Positions 23,878 to 36,829 of a stretch of DNA of 64,000 nucleotides are shown piece after piece. Each line of letters opens with the position of its first letter. Positions within the stretch are counted from its first letter, which is position 1. The notes under the pieces were generated by a model. The model did no database searches and had not been told where the DNA came from. It worked only from the letters and a program-made list of their open reading frames with translations. The translations under genes and the position numbers were made by a program. This stretch comes from Epiperipatus broadwayi (taxonomy: Eukaryota; Animalia; Onychophora): NCBI GenBank assembly GCA_028023455.1, contig JAQFVV010000007.1, positions 13,020,001-13,084,000 on the forward strand, in the 5' to 3' direction.

Positions 23878-26241
23878 TTAAGAATGTTTTTTAAAGAAAT
23901 CTTTCCAAATAGGAGGAAGTTTGCACGTATCATCTCGCTTATTGATACAATCTGGCCTTTTAAGTATCTCAATGGCTTCTCTGATTTTGCATTGGTAGAG
24001 ATTATCACATCTGGATATGATCCTGGTACTAGAAAAATCTATTTTATGACCTGAATCTATAGTATGGAGTGAGAGTGCTGATGATGATGAGTGTTGTTTA
24101 ACTGCATTAGCATGCTCATCTCTCCTAACACTGATGCGACGATTACTCATACCTATGTAAGAAGCTTTACAATTTTTACATGAGATTTGATAGACACCAT
24201 GAGATTCAAGAGGGATTGAATCCTTAGGCTTGGTTATTATATTGCTGATCTTTTGATGAGCAGAAAATGCTGTATCTATATTATAGCATTTTAATATACG
24301 TCCGATACTGTCTGTAGTTCCTTTTACATATGGAACACAAATCCTAATAGCTGACTTATCATCTTTTTTTTCCTATTTTGTCTATTTTGGCTTAAATAAG
24401 GCTTTTTTTATAAATTTGTAATTATAACTATTTGCTAATAAAACACTATTAATATGATTTATTTCTTCTTTCAGATGTGTGTCATCTGAAAGATTAATTG
24501 CTCTATTTAAAAGAGTTTTGGCTACAGAAACTATCTGAGTTGGGTGATGATGAGAATGGAAATGTAAATATCTGTCTGTGTGTGTATCCTTTCTGTAAAT
24601 AGAAAAAGATAAACTATTTGGTGTTCTGGTGACTAGAACATCAAGAAAAGGGAGTTTTCATCAGACTCTGTCTCCATTGTAAATTTAATATGAGGATGCA
24701 TATTATTTAAATGTAAGAAAAAATCATCTAATGTATTTTTTCCATGTTGCCATATGACAAAAGTGTCATCTATGTATCTGAGCCAAATGAGAGGTTTTAA
24801 AGATGATGATTCTAAAGCACGAGTTTCTATATATTCCATGAATAAATCAGCTATTACTCCTGAGATAGGTGAGCCCATAGGAGTACCAAAAACTTGTCTG
24901 TAATGCTGTCCATTGTATACAAAATATGTATTTAAGAGACAATGTTTAATCAAAGCAATAATATGGTCTGGTAAATTGCAACGTTGTGAGATTATATTTA
25001 AAGCTTCATCAATTGGAATGTTTGTAAACAAAGACACGACATCAAAACTGACCAGAATGTCACTAGCATTAATTTTTAAACTTTTTAAAACAGAAATAAA
25101 ATGAAGAGAGTTTTTAATATATGATTTAATAGATGGGATTGTAGGTTTAATGAAATCCGATAAGTATCTAGCTAAAATATGAGTTGGAGAACCTATTGCA
25201 CTTACTATTGGACAAGAGGGGTATCTGGTTTGTGAATTTTTGGAAGTCCATAAAATTTTGGACAGACACAAGATTTTTCAGGGGATTATTTTATTTTTTA
25301 TCTCTGTTTCAATAGGTGATTTATTAATAATAGCTTTTGTTGTTTTTTCCAAATATGTAGTATGATCTCTTTTTGATAGTTTATAAGTTTTATCACTAAG
25401 CAGATCTAAAATTTTATTATGGTAAATGTCACGATCCATTACTACTGTGGCATTACCTTTATCAGCTGGAAGTACAACAATTGATTTGTCCGATTTTATA
25501 TTATTTAATGCTTGTCTTTCTTTCTTTGAAAAATTATTTTTAGGAAGCTTAGCTTTTTTAAAAATATTACAAATCTCAGCTCTAGCTAAATCAGCCGATG
25601 TAGAATCAATTTTATCAAGAGCTGATTCAACATTACAGACAATTTTCTCAAAAGGTATCTGGGAAGGTGTTAAAGCAAAATTGAAACCTTTTTCTAAAAC
25701 CGAAATTTCATCTGTAGAGAGGGCTTTCTTAGATAAATTGTAAACGGTTTTTTGATTTGGATACATAATGTTTGGGGATTGTGTTCTAATTAGCATTTGC
25801 AATTTTTTCTTTTGCTTTGCTGTTACCAATTCCGAATCTTTAAACGATCGAAAACTTGCAATACGATCAAAACTAGTCCACAGTAAAGGATGTATTTTAT
25901 TACTAAGGAATAAACGTAAATGTAGCAATACTTTATCAATTTTGTCTAAATTTTTTCGAGTTTCTTTAATAAAAGAGTTTAAAATAATATTGCTGGTTTT
26001 CCTTAGAATTTTACTAACATTATAATTGTTCTTGTGAAACACAATTTTACAGCAAGTGGGTATAACGTTGTGATTTTTGCACTAACAAAAAAGATAAATT
26101 ACAAAGTAACTTACATTTCTTACTCCACGTTCTTTCAAATATACGAAGCTGTTTAAAAATTTCCTCCCCGTAGAGGTTAGTAATGTTAAAACGAAGATTT
26201 GCACGGGTTAAATATATAAAATACATATTTTGCGGGTTCAT
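23878..26241 (-). pseudogene. Copy A: full-length PLE ORF (about 790 aa reconstructed) broken by small deletions
   Basis: ORF pieces 26047-26241, 25278-26042, 24633-25271 and 23878-24150 are collinear with copy C; 9 nt missing in total restores a single frame from ATG 26241. Confidence 0.9.
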
Positions 26242-27049
26242 CCGTGTTAAAAACTTTTAATATCAATATACTGACGTTTCGACTTGGTCACACAAGCCAT
26301 CCACAGAGTTATAGAAAGGTAGAAAGACGGTTGTAGAGGCGCTACAATCACTGGTTTGAATAAAACATTAAAAATCCCACCAATAGCAAAAATGTTAAAT
26401 TTAAGAATGTTTTTTAAAGAAATCTTTCCAAATAGGAGGAAGTTTGCACGTATCATCTCGCTTATTGATACAATCTGGCCTTTTAAGTATCTCAATGGCT
26501 TCTCTGATTTTGCATTGGTAGAGATTATCACATCTGGATATGATCCTGGTACTAGAAAAATCTATTTTATGACCTGAATCTATAGTATGGAGTGAGAGTG
26601 CTGATGATGATGAGTGTTGTTTAACTGCATTAGCATGCTCATCTCTCCTAACACTGATGCGACGATTACTCATACCTATGTAAGAAGCTTTACAATTTTT
26701 ACATGAGATTTGATAGACACCATGAGATTCAAGAGGGATTGAATCCTTAGGCTTGGTTATTATATTGCTGATCTTTTGATGAGCAGAAAATGCTGTATCT
26801 ATATTATAGCGTTTTAATATACGTCCGATACTGTCTGTAGTTCCTTTTACATATGGAACACAAATCCTAATAGCTGACTTATCATCTTTTTGTTTCCTAT
26901 TTTGTCTATTTTGGGCTTGAAATAAGGCTTTTTTTATAAATTTGTAATTATAACTATTTGCTAATAAAACACTACTAATATGTTTCAGATGTGTGTCATC
27001 TGAAAGGTTAATTGTTCTATTTAAAAGAGTTTTGGCTACAGAAACTATC
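26206..27049 (-). mobile_element. Copy B: 3'-terminal about 850 bp (pseudo-LTR) upstream of copy A, GIY-YIG coding, 12-nt in-frame deletion (EEIN)
   Basis: ORF 26401-27054 reads THLKHISSVLL versus THLKEEINHINSVLL in copy C; HHR at 26270-26309(-). Confidence 0.92.
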
Positions 27050-27381
27050 CCCAAACATTACGTATCCAAATCAAAAAACCGTTTACAATTTATCTAAGAA
27101 ACCCTCTCTACAGATGAAATTTTGGTTTTAGAAAAAGGTTTCAATTTTGCTTTAACACCTTCCCGGATACCTTTTGAGAAAATTGTCTGTAATGTTGAAT
27201 CAGCTCTTGATAAAATTGATTCTACATCGGCTGATTTAGCTAGAGCTGAGATTTGTAATATTTTAAAAAAAGCTAAGCTTCCTAAAAATAATTTTTCAAA
27301 GAAAGACAAGCATTAAATAATATAAAATCGGACAAATCAATTGTTGTACTTCCAGCTGATAAAGGTAATGCCACAGTTGTA

Positions 27382-28950
27382 ATGGATCGTGACATTTACC
27401 ATAATAAAATTTTAGATCTGCTTAGTGATAAAACTTATAAACTATCAAAAAGAGATCATACTACATATTTGGAAAAAACAACAAAAGCTATTATTAATAA
27501 ATCACCTATTGAAACAGAGATAAAAAATAAAATAATCCCTCGTGAAAAATCTTGTGTCTGTCCAAAATTTTATGGACTTCCAAAAATTCACAAACCAGAT
27601 ACCCCTCTTCGTCCAATAGTAAGTGCAATAGGTTCTCCAACTCATATTTTAGCTAGATACTTATTGGATTTCATTAAACCTACAATCCCATCTATTAAAT
27701 CATATATTAAAAACTCTCTTCATTTTATTTCTGTTTTAAAAAGTTTAAAAATTAATGCTAGTGACATTCTGGTCAGTTTTGATGTCGTGTCTTTGTTTAC
27801 AAACATTCCAATTGATGAAGCTTTAAATATAATCTCACAACGTTGCAATTTACCAGACCATATTATTGCTTTGATTAAACATTGTCTCTTAAATACATAT
27901 TTTGTATACAATGGACAGCATTACAGACAAGTTTTTGGTACTCCTATGGGCTCACCTATCTCAGGAGTAATAGCTGATTTATTCATGGAATATATAGAAA
28001 CTCGTGCTTTAGAATCATCATCTTTAAAACCTCTCATTTGGCTCAGATACATAGATGACACTTTTGTCATATGGCAACATGGAAAAAATACATTAGATGA
28101 TTTTTTCTTACATTTAAATAATATGCATCCTCATATTAAATTTACAATGGAGACAGAGTCTGATGGAAAACTCCCTTTTCTTGATGTTCTAGTCACCAGA
28201 ACACCAAATAGTTTATCTTTTTCTATTTACAGAAAGGATACACACACAGACAGATATTTACATTTCCATTCTCATCATCACCCAACTCAGATAGTTTCTG
28301 TAGCCAAAACTCTTTTAAATAGAGCAATTAACCTTTCAGATGACACACATCTGAAAGAAGAAATAAATCATATTAATAGTGTTTTATTAGCAAATAGTTA
28401 TAATTACAAATTTATAAAAAAAGCCTTATTTCAAGCCCAAAATAGACAAAATAGGAAACAAAAAGATGATAAGTCAGCTATTAGGATTTGTGTTCCATAT
28501 GTAAAAGGAACTACAGACAGTATCGGACGTATATTAAAACGCTATAATATAGATACAGCATTTTCTGCTCATCAAAAGATCAGCAATATAATAACCAAGC
28601 CTAAGGATTCAATCCCTCTTGAATCTCATGGTGTCTATCAAATCTCATGTAAAAATTGTAAAGCTTCTTACATAGGTATGAGTAATCGTCGCATCAGTGT
28701 TAGGAGAGATGAGCATGCTAATGCAGTTAAACAACACTCATCATCATCAGCACTCTCACTCCATACTATAGATTCAGGTCATAAAATAGATTTTTCTAGT
28801 ACCAGGATCATATCCAGATGTGATAATCTCTACCAATGCAAAATCAGAGAAGCCATTGAGATACTTAAAAGGCCAGATTGTATCAATAAGCGAGATGATA
28901 CGTGCAAACTTCCTCCTATTTGGAAAGATTTCTTTAAAAAACATTCTTAA
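27382..28950 (+). CDS. Penelope/Poseidon reverse transcriptase + GIY-YIG endonuclease (copy C, 522 aa, 5'-truncated; upstream 4-nt AAAG deletion at about 27300)
   Basis: YGLPKIHK, PLRPIVS, FDVVSLFTNIP, GTPMGSPIS, WLRYIDDTF, LPFLDVLV, YRKDTHTDRYL; C-terminal GVY...YIG, EH, H..H, REAIEI. Confidence 0.97.
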   Translation: MDRDIYHNKILDLLSDKTYKLSKRDHTTYLEKTTKAIINKSPIETEIKNKIIPREKSCVCPKFYGLPKIHKPDTPLRPIVSAIGSPTHILARYLLDFIKPTIPSIKSYIKNSLHFISVLKSLKINASDILVSFDVVSLFTNIPIDEALNIISQRCNLPDHIIALIKHCLLNTYFVYNGQHYRQVFGTPMGSPISGVIADLFMEYIETRALESSSLKPLIWLRYIDDTFVIWQHGKNTLDDFFLHLNNMHPHIKFTMETESDGKLPFLDVLVTRTPNSLSFSIYRKDTHTDRYLHFHSHHHPTQIVSVAKTLLNRAINLSDDTHLKEEINHINSVLLANSYNYKFIKKALFQAQNRQNRKQKDDKSAIRICVPYVKGTTDSIGRILKRYNIDTAFSAHQKISNIITKPKDSIPLESHGVYQISCKNCKASYIGMSNRRISVRRDEHANAVKQHSSSSALSLHTIDSGHKIDFSSTRIISRCDNLYQCKIREAIEILKRPDCINKRDDTCKLPPIWKDFFKKHS

Positions 28951-29041
28951 ATTTAACATTTTTGCTATTGGTGGGATTTTTAATGTTTTATTCAAACCAG
29001 TGATTGTAGCGCCTCTACAACCGTCTTTCTACCTTTCTATA

Positions 29042-29081
29042 ACTCTGTGGATGGCTTGTGTGACCAAGTCGAAACGTCAGT
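29042..29081 (+). ncRNA. Minimal type-I HHR (family 1) in pLTR of copy C; predicted cleavage after C29078
   Basis: act CTGTGGA T GGCTTG TGTGAC CAAGTC GAAAC GTC agt; 6-bp helix II, palindromic ACGT helix III, 3-bp helix I. Confidence 0.75.
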
Positions 29082-30985
29082 GTATTGATATTAAAAGTTT
29101 TTAACACGGATGAACCCGCAAAATATGTATTTTATATATTTAACCCGTGCAAATCTTCGTTTTAACATATATATATATATATATATATAATTTCTTGGAT
29201 TTACTAAACTTTAGTCTTAGTATTCAGAAGCAAATTTGTCATGAATGATACTTCTGTTTTGTTTCTGTTTTACTACTGGAAAATAATGTTTTCTGGATAA
29301 TAAATACTAGAGACATGACTACAGATATTCAAAAAATTTGTTGCATCTATTAATATTAACAATGTAATTACAACATTTACAAAAATTTGCCACTTATTAA
29401 AGTTGATAAGATGACAATTGTGAGTTTTTGCTTTAACAACTGGTGAACTGGAGAATTGCCATGCTTCATTCTTATAAATGGAATAATTCCAAATCTCTAG
29501 ATTGCCTTATAAATGATCTTATACTGTTTGCCTCTAGCATTTTTCTGCTCTGAATTCAAGTATGTCTGCATACATTCACAAAATAATGGTCAATGTGCAT
29601 TAGTATGTGATTAAATTGAGATGGTTCTGATTGTAATTTTGCCACATTCAAATGCACCTCATATTTTTAGACAGTTCCTCTATCTTACTGTGAGAAATAT
29701 ACTGAACAATTCATGTTATTGGCCTGGTTGTGACATTAGTTATTTGTTTATGTCATTGTTATTTATTGATCAGATATATTAGATTCTGAATCTGGTCTAG
29801 AAAACTATACTTTAGACAAATCCATTATTGAATGTAAGTTTAAAATGATTCCACAAAAACTTGATCCAAAGAGATTTTAAGTAGCATTGGTTCTATTAAT
29901 ATTGTAAATAAATTGATTTAAATGCAGGGATAATGTATTTTGTTGCAGTTCAGCTAATAGTATTGTAAATATTTTTATCTTATTGAATATGTAATATTGA
30001 AACACCATCATCACAAAACTTTAGGAAAACACAAGTACAATTAACCTAGATGCAATTATATCAATAATTATGTGCTTATAATGCTCGTTAAAGAAGTTAT
30101 ATATATATTATTAAATTTATTTAAAGCTTAGCACTTTCAAAGCTCTATGGTTTCATAATCATAGCTGTGTGCAGTTGATAGTGATGCAATTAAATGGGAT
30201 TTGAACCCAGACTTTCAAGATCTCTAAGTCATATTAACAGTTATAATTTAAAAAATGAAAATGGGTTTTATTCTTTAAAAGTTTAAAAAAATTAAAAATT
30301 GAAAGATGAAAAAGGACTATCATAATATAAATTGTTAAACCCTTTAGAACTGAGATTGTTTACTCTAAGTATTACATGTTTTTGACATGTAAACTAGTAA
30401 ATTTTAAAATAATTTTATTTAGAAATCACATTCACAGATTATAAGTGCATAGAATAGGAAATGTCAAATCATATGAAGAATTATGAAATATTATTATACA
30501 AAAAACATTTTAAAAGCAAATATGATTTGTAATGAACTTAATGACAGAAAATACAAACAAAAGTAGCATTCTTCATTAATAATCTAGATTTAGTAATGAT
30601 TAGGAAATCCAAAAGCGTTTAATTGAAAGCATTTTGGAATATATGAAATTATTTTTTAGCATAGTGTTTATCTTTGAAAAGAATGTACTAAAGTTATATT
30701 TTATATTTTTACATTTTCTCTACATAAGAAATAATGATAATCAATGATTATATATGAATAAATAATTTTGCCTTATGTTTGATTTTTCCATTAATATAAT
30801 GGAGAAAACATCAGCCATGTAATTGATGTTCATAATAATGTGTTATGTCAAGCTGTGGCAATGAAGACTGTGACTTATTATGTCATATTTAGTTTTTATA
30901 ACCAGTATAACAATTATCTGACCAATTGATTTTGAAATGAGATATTTGCTATTCAGATAAAATAACCAAATATCTATTTGCTTAC

Positions 30986-31009
30986 CATCACTAGGTGTCT
31001 ATGACTGCA
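30986..31009 (-). CDS. Candidate 24-nt host micro-exon (CSHRHLVM, phase 0)
   Basis: ttttattttatatag | TGCAGTCATAGACACCTAGTGATG | gtaagc; only one frame is open. Confidence 0.3.
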
Positions 31010-34000
31010 CTATATAAAATAAAAATTCAAATAGGTTGTCAAGAGTTACCCAGACAAATATGAATCTTAAGCCTTAAACCATCAGTCTAATCAGTCAAGT
31101 GTTATAACATGTTGTCATCTTCAAGTTAAATAGGCTGATAAATATTTTAAATAGTAGTGTCAATATTGTCATATGACTTTGAATATGGTGCTATTTATAT
31201 TTCATAATACTACAGTGAACCTAAGGTTGATTGACATGCAAGAATCATTTATTGTGCATAAAAGAGGACTGGTTCTTGCTCTAAATTGCATCTAATGCCA
31301 GCTCTATATCAATGTCTGTATTATATGATGACATAGTTTAGTTATTCACTACAAAACCTTTAAGATGTTAGCATGTCTGAACCAGAATGTATGATGTTGA
31401 TTGTGTGACAGTATGTTATGTACTTTTGTGTATTATCTTCAATGCTTTTTTTGCCATCACAAAATCTTGCAAATTACTTCTATCTATTCTTATATATTAT
31501 GGCTCATATTACCAATTTTACTTAATTTAAAACAAAAGTTGATGTCCACATGCTTTTCCAATATGTGTTAAGGTATGAAATGCACTATCACATTTAATGC
31601 CATAAGTTGTGTTCTAGACATATTAGCATTCTATTATAATTGTGGTAAGTAGTTAGAAAAAAACGAATCATCTTTTTATTGGGGCACACTGTGTGAATGT
31701 TATTAATAAATTTGTCTTTGTAAATCATGGGACAAAAATAACTTATGCTTTCTGCACTTATAAAACCAAACATTGTTTGCAAAGAAAGAAAAATTAAAAA
31801 TATAAACAATAATTCACGTACAGACATCAACAATCAGTTTTAAACGATTTAGTTTTAATTGTTTTTATTTTTCTCAAAAATGTAGTCTGCTATACCAGAA
31901 GCATATTAAATAAACATAAATCTGTTATAATTGTTTTATTTTTATTTCACTATTTGTCTTAGAAATCATTTCCTGATAAATATTTGTCCTGGTTTATTAT
32001 TTTATTTACTTAAAATTCGCATTATTGCATTAGAATAAGGAAATTATATTTGTACTTTTATTAAAAATGTTTACCATTTTATATTATTGATTTACTATTT
32101 ATTCATAAATAATTGTTTATAAATTTACATCAGTTTGTTTAAATAATATATTATTGTGGTATTGTTCAGAGAAATAATATTTATTTATGAATAACATCAT
32201 TAAAACTTTATTAATGAAGATACAATTCTGACGTTTTATTTATGCAAATTCTTCTATGAGGTCATGTGAATATTAACAATAAGACATAAAATAATTAAAT
32301 TCCTCTCATTTTTAAAGATATATATATATAAAGATTTGTTTATCATTGTAATTATTTTCAAAAATTTGCTTTTAAAATGTTATATAGTTTACAATCACAT
32401 TTAGGCAAAAATAGTATAACATTTTATTGTGGACTTTCTAATTTAATCCAATGAGAGATTAATTTGGAGAGAGCCAAAGATTTCTGGATTATTATGTCAC
32501 AATGCTCAAATGCCACATGACTTTTCATGCAATTAAACCTTTTTTTAAATTATTGTATTGCATGTGATTAAATCAAATTGTATTTCTGTATACAGATATA
32601 ATATCAGGAATATGATCATTGGCAAATTTATAAATTCTTGTGTCAAAACAAAATTATGGGATAGCCCTTTAAATCTTTATAACATCACAGATGCACAGAC
32701 ATAAAAAATAATAAATGCAATTTAATAAATTAATATATAGATATATTTAAAAAATAAAATTAAAGAAAAAAACAATAGTTTTTTTTTTTGTTGTTGTTGT
32801 TGTTGTTTAAAAGAGTTTTCTTTATGCCGTATTTAATTAGTATTTATTCCTATTAAAAAGGTAATTGAAAATAAATATAATAAACATTTATAAAAATGTA
32901 TTTCTGTAAAAAAAAGTGATTGAGACATAAACTATTCCCTAAATAAGCTGACATGAAGTTTTCCATCAAAAAAAGAAGAAAAAAAAAGGTGGGGGGAGGG
33001 AATCAGAAAATATTTATTTTATTTTAATTATAATGATAAAAAATATAATATATTATAATTTAAATAATCTAATTCTAAATCTATATTTAATATATATATA
33101 TATGAAAATTGATAATTGATTAATATGTAATTTTATTTATATATTCCACAAATTATTTCTTTTTAAATTATTTCAATTTCAAAGATATCAATATTGTTAC
33201 ATTGTTTTCTTTTTTAAAAAAACTTGTTTATATTTCTTCATTGAACTAAACATTATATACATGAAAATAACATGAAGAATGTTCATCAAAATACTGATTA
33301 ATTTGTATAATTTTTATTAAGACATGATTCAAAAATTTATCTGAAAACATAAAAACAAAAATATATAAATCAAAAATACACTAAACATATATATACGTAT
33401 TTTTGATGGTTTTTTTAGTTATATGTTTTGCTTTCATTTAAATGTTTGGATAAATTCTTCAATTATGTCTTGACACAGACAGATTAAAGAAAATGATCAA
33501 AATATTGTTAGATATTCTATATGTTTTTTATATATACAATGTACACTTTATTAGAAAAAAATCTATTAAATTTATTTTGGTAAAGTTTTGATTCTTAATA
33601 TATAGATTTATAATTTTTCTTTACCTATCAATTCTCTTTTGATTTCAAAGTTAATACCATATATATAAATGTAATCCCCCCCCCCCGCACAAACTCATTG
33701 TTTTTAAATCCATCATTTTTACAACTCAGTCAATAAAAATCACCATTTTGACACAAAATTGTATATATAGATATTTTTTTAATCTGAACTGATATTTTTG
33801 TTATTCTACTTTTAAAAAATTATAATCAAAAACACTTTTTAATCCATATAATTGAGAAATAAGTATTTTCTTTTTTATTTTTTTAAATTAGAAACAATTA
33901 ATTTAACTCCTTTTTCTCCTTTTGTTCTTTCTAATTAAAAGATAAAGGTTTTTGTTTTGTTTGTTTACAGTGGTTGTCTTTCTTTCAAAAGTAAGATTTA

Positions 34001-35599
34001 ATAAAAGTCTTGACATTTTCAGATATTAATTCAAAAACATTAATATATTTTTTAACCATAATCTTTTATCTAGGCATTGGAGCCACATCTGAGATGTCTA
34101 GAAATTAATTTTGTATGTTTTGCCTTCTGCTGAGAAATTTTGCAAAAAAAATTTTAAGGCCCAAGTTTGTATATATTTATTTTCTAACATTTTAAACACA
34201 AAAAAATTCAAAATATGGCAGAAAAATTGAATATGCAGGTCTTCAAAGTTTCTCAAGCTTGACGATGATGATTATCCTTTATATATTTTGTGATCTTAAA
34301 CTTTACAAGATTACTTTGAGAAAATATTATGATGGTCTAAATACTTGATTTTTTGGAATGTTTATGATTATATTTGCATAGTAATTGTGTAATAATTATT
34401 AGAAATCAAAATATATATTATTACATATTTATTTTTTATAGAAATGTTTTATTTTTAAATATAAAAGAGTATATTCTTCTGAATATTGTTACTATAGAGA
34501 TTATGGTCATGGAAAACACAGCTGTTTAGATATGAGGTCACTCAGCAGATTGTTATAGTATTTAGTGATGTCATAAAATTTATTTAAAAAATTTAAACCT
34601 TTAAAATGTAAATTGATAGATTTAGTGTTATTAAAAATAATTCATTCAGATTTTTAAAACAAAGATTTCACTAATTTTGCAAATTGAATTGGCTTCACCT
34701 GAAATTTGATGATATAATAGCATTTTCTTTGCTTAAAATCTAATTTTTAAAATAATTCTGGAGATCAAATGTGATTTTTTAAATTTATTTAATTCCTAAG
34801 CAAAAATATTTATCAAATGAGGTCATATTTATTACACACTGATAAATAATAATGGTTTAATATTAAAATGAAAGTTGAAAGCTTAAATCTAATGAGAACA
34901 AGGAAATCTATCAAAATATTAGCAGAGTACACAAGGTTTAAATTTATAAATTAAAATGGTTAAATAAATTATTGTTTAAAAAATTATTTAATTATTAAAT
35001 AAGATTATTCCTAAAAAATAGTAGTCTTATGTAATCAGTTTAATTAATGGTATGCTCTAATGTTTTAAATATATATAATTACTATGATAATAAAGTTTTA
35101 TATGTTGTACTTTATATATACACACATATTTTAGTATAAAAAGTGTGGAATTATTTGAATTGTATTTAAAGCTAATGGATAATTGTAATTTTTTGACAGT
35201 ATTTCATGCATAATCATTCTTTTTTTTTATTTGTAATTTTTTAAATCTGTATTTTGTATAAATATTATCTGTACAATAGAAAAATAGTGTTTTAAATTAA
35301 AGATGCAATCAAATGTATGTAAAGTACTTGTAATAAAAATATCAAAAGATTATGTGAAATATATACAGTTTTATGAATTTAAATTCTTGCATGAACATGG
35401 GTTTGAAGACAAAGAGGCCCTTTTTTTCTTTCATGAAATACTAATAAGAGCTTTGTAGGTTTATGGATTGTTTAGATATAGGAGCAATGTAAAATGCTAA
35501 ACTAATCTCTGTTACTTGGATATAATCTATTAATTTTCATTCTTTTTGAAACTAAACACCCATAAAAATATTTTATTCATCATATACAACTCTGTGGAA

Positions 35600-36060
35600 T
35601 AAATATTATTTGCAGGATATAAAAATACCATTCTCGTACAGTCTCACACTTATAAAAATAGAATTCTGGATTTAAATCTTTATAAGAACTTTGGTTTGAA
35701 GTGTATTAAGACCTTTTATTTCAATAAACCCTAACAAAAAATGTACTATGAATTAATTGGAAAAAAATGCCATATCATCTGAAGAATTGTCAATTAGTAG
35801 CAATTGACAGTTTCTGTAAGCACCAAAGGTTAAGTTATTTCCATTTACATGGATATAATCTCTTAACTTCCATTCTTTCTCAAAAAATCCATGAATAAAA
35901 TATAATTCTGCATATACAATTCTCAAGAGAAAATTAACTATTATTTGCAGGCTGTCAAAGAAGATTATATTCTTCTGCATTCTCACATCTATAAACATTC
36001 TGGGTTTAAATACTTATACAAACTTTGGTTTGAACAATAGAGGTCTTCTTTATCTTTCAA
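35600..36060 (-). mobile_element. Two heavily decayed tandem copies (period about 335 bp) of a probable LINE ORF2 3' end
   Basis: atttgcagg.....tctcaca...ataaa...tctgg.tttaaat...aactttggtttgaa repeated at about 35605 and 35942; remnant zinc-finger-like reading is weak. Confidence 0.4.
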
Positions 36061-36527
36061 AAGGAAATTTTGTTCACAAACCATAAGAATCATTTACAAA
36101 AGGAAGGGCAATTACATATCGATCTCAAAGGAGACCAGTCAACAAAATCAGAGGTTACACTTGCATATATATAAACAAAAAAAAACCAATTAATTTCATA
36201 TCAATTACATTAAAACATTAGATATCACCAGAAATTGAATACATATAACTTCCCATTCCAGAAATCATAGTAATGGCCCATTTACATTAATCTGATCATG
36301 TATATCACATATATGATGGTGTTATTCAATTCAAACACATATGTTTGTTTAATTTATGAACATGTGGATAATGAATAAAACCATATTTGGACATTTAGTC
36401 TATAGTGTTTTATCTTAACAAATGAAGAGCATTTTCAATGTTTCTGTGTGTATTAATTTAACATTTTAAATATCGAGAGATTAATCATTATAAATCATAT
36501 ATAAAATCCATACATTTTACTTATAGA

Positions 36528-36605
36528 TCATGAGGTTAGCCAATCCAATATAGGGATTGCATTGATAAAATTTTTTAAAAGCAGGTTTTCATAGAATACG
36601 AAAGA
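36528..36605 (-). CDS. Candidate terminal host exon (SFVFYENLLLKNFINAIPILDWLTS*)
   Basis: cacgtaattttcag acceptor followed by 25 open codons and TGA in phase 0. Confidence 0.25.
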   Translation of the reverse strand, partial: SFVFYENLLLKNFINAIPILDWLTS

Positions 36606-36829
36606 CTGAAAATTACGTGAAATATATCATATATTCTTTACAGTAATCGAATCGGTTACCATTAAGCATTGTTAAAGCAGTCTTAATATATTTATTGGAT
36701 CATTGATTAAAACTGATCCATTAATCAAATGAAAGCCCTTTCTTATTATTCATCAAGTAGGTGAGTTAACTTTATAATGGCAATTTGTAGTTCTTGGATC
36801 TTTTCCATATAAAGTTTATCTAGAATGTT

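Larger units (their letters stand above)
23688..29168. mobile_element. Young compound Penelope-like element (Poseidon-type): full copy A(-), 3' partial copy B(-), 5'-truncated inverted copy C(+), inserted in (TA)n
   Basis: Three nearly identical copies of the same 3' region; RT motifs VSFDVVSLF, GTPMGSPIS, RYIDD; GIY-YIG GVYQISCKNC..YIG; B/C inversion junction with ATC microhomology at 27047-27049. Confidence 0.97.

Noticed and set aside
23724-29104. Short ORFs such as MIISTNAKSEK..., MNKTLKIPP..., MYTKYVFK..., MSRSITTV... as genes
   Set aside because: Antisense or alternative frames of the repeated Penelope sequence.
36661-36672. attaagcattgt shared by the flanks of both Tx1-like elements as a target site
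   Set aside because: The same 12-mer also occurs inside ORF1 (about 3765), so it is likely chance in AT-rich DNA; the TSD of the first element cannot be checked.
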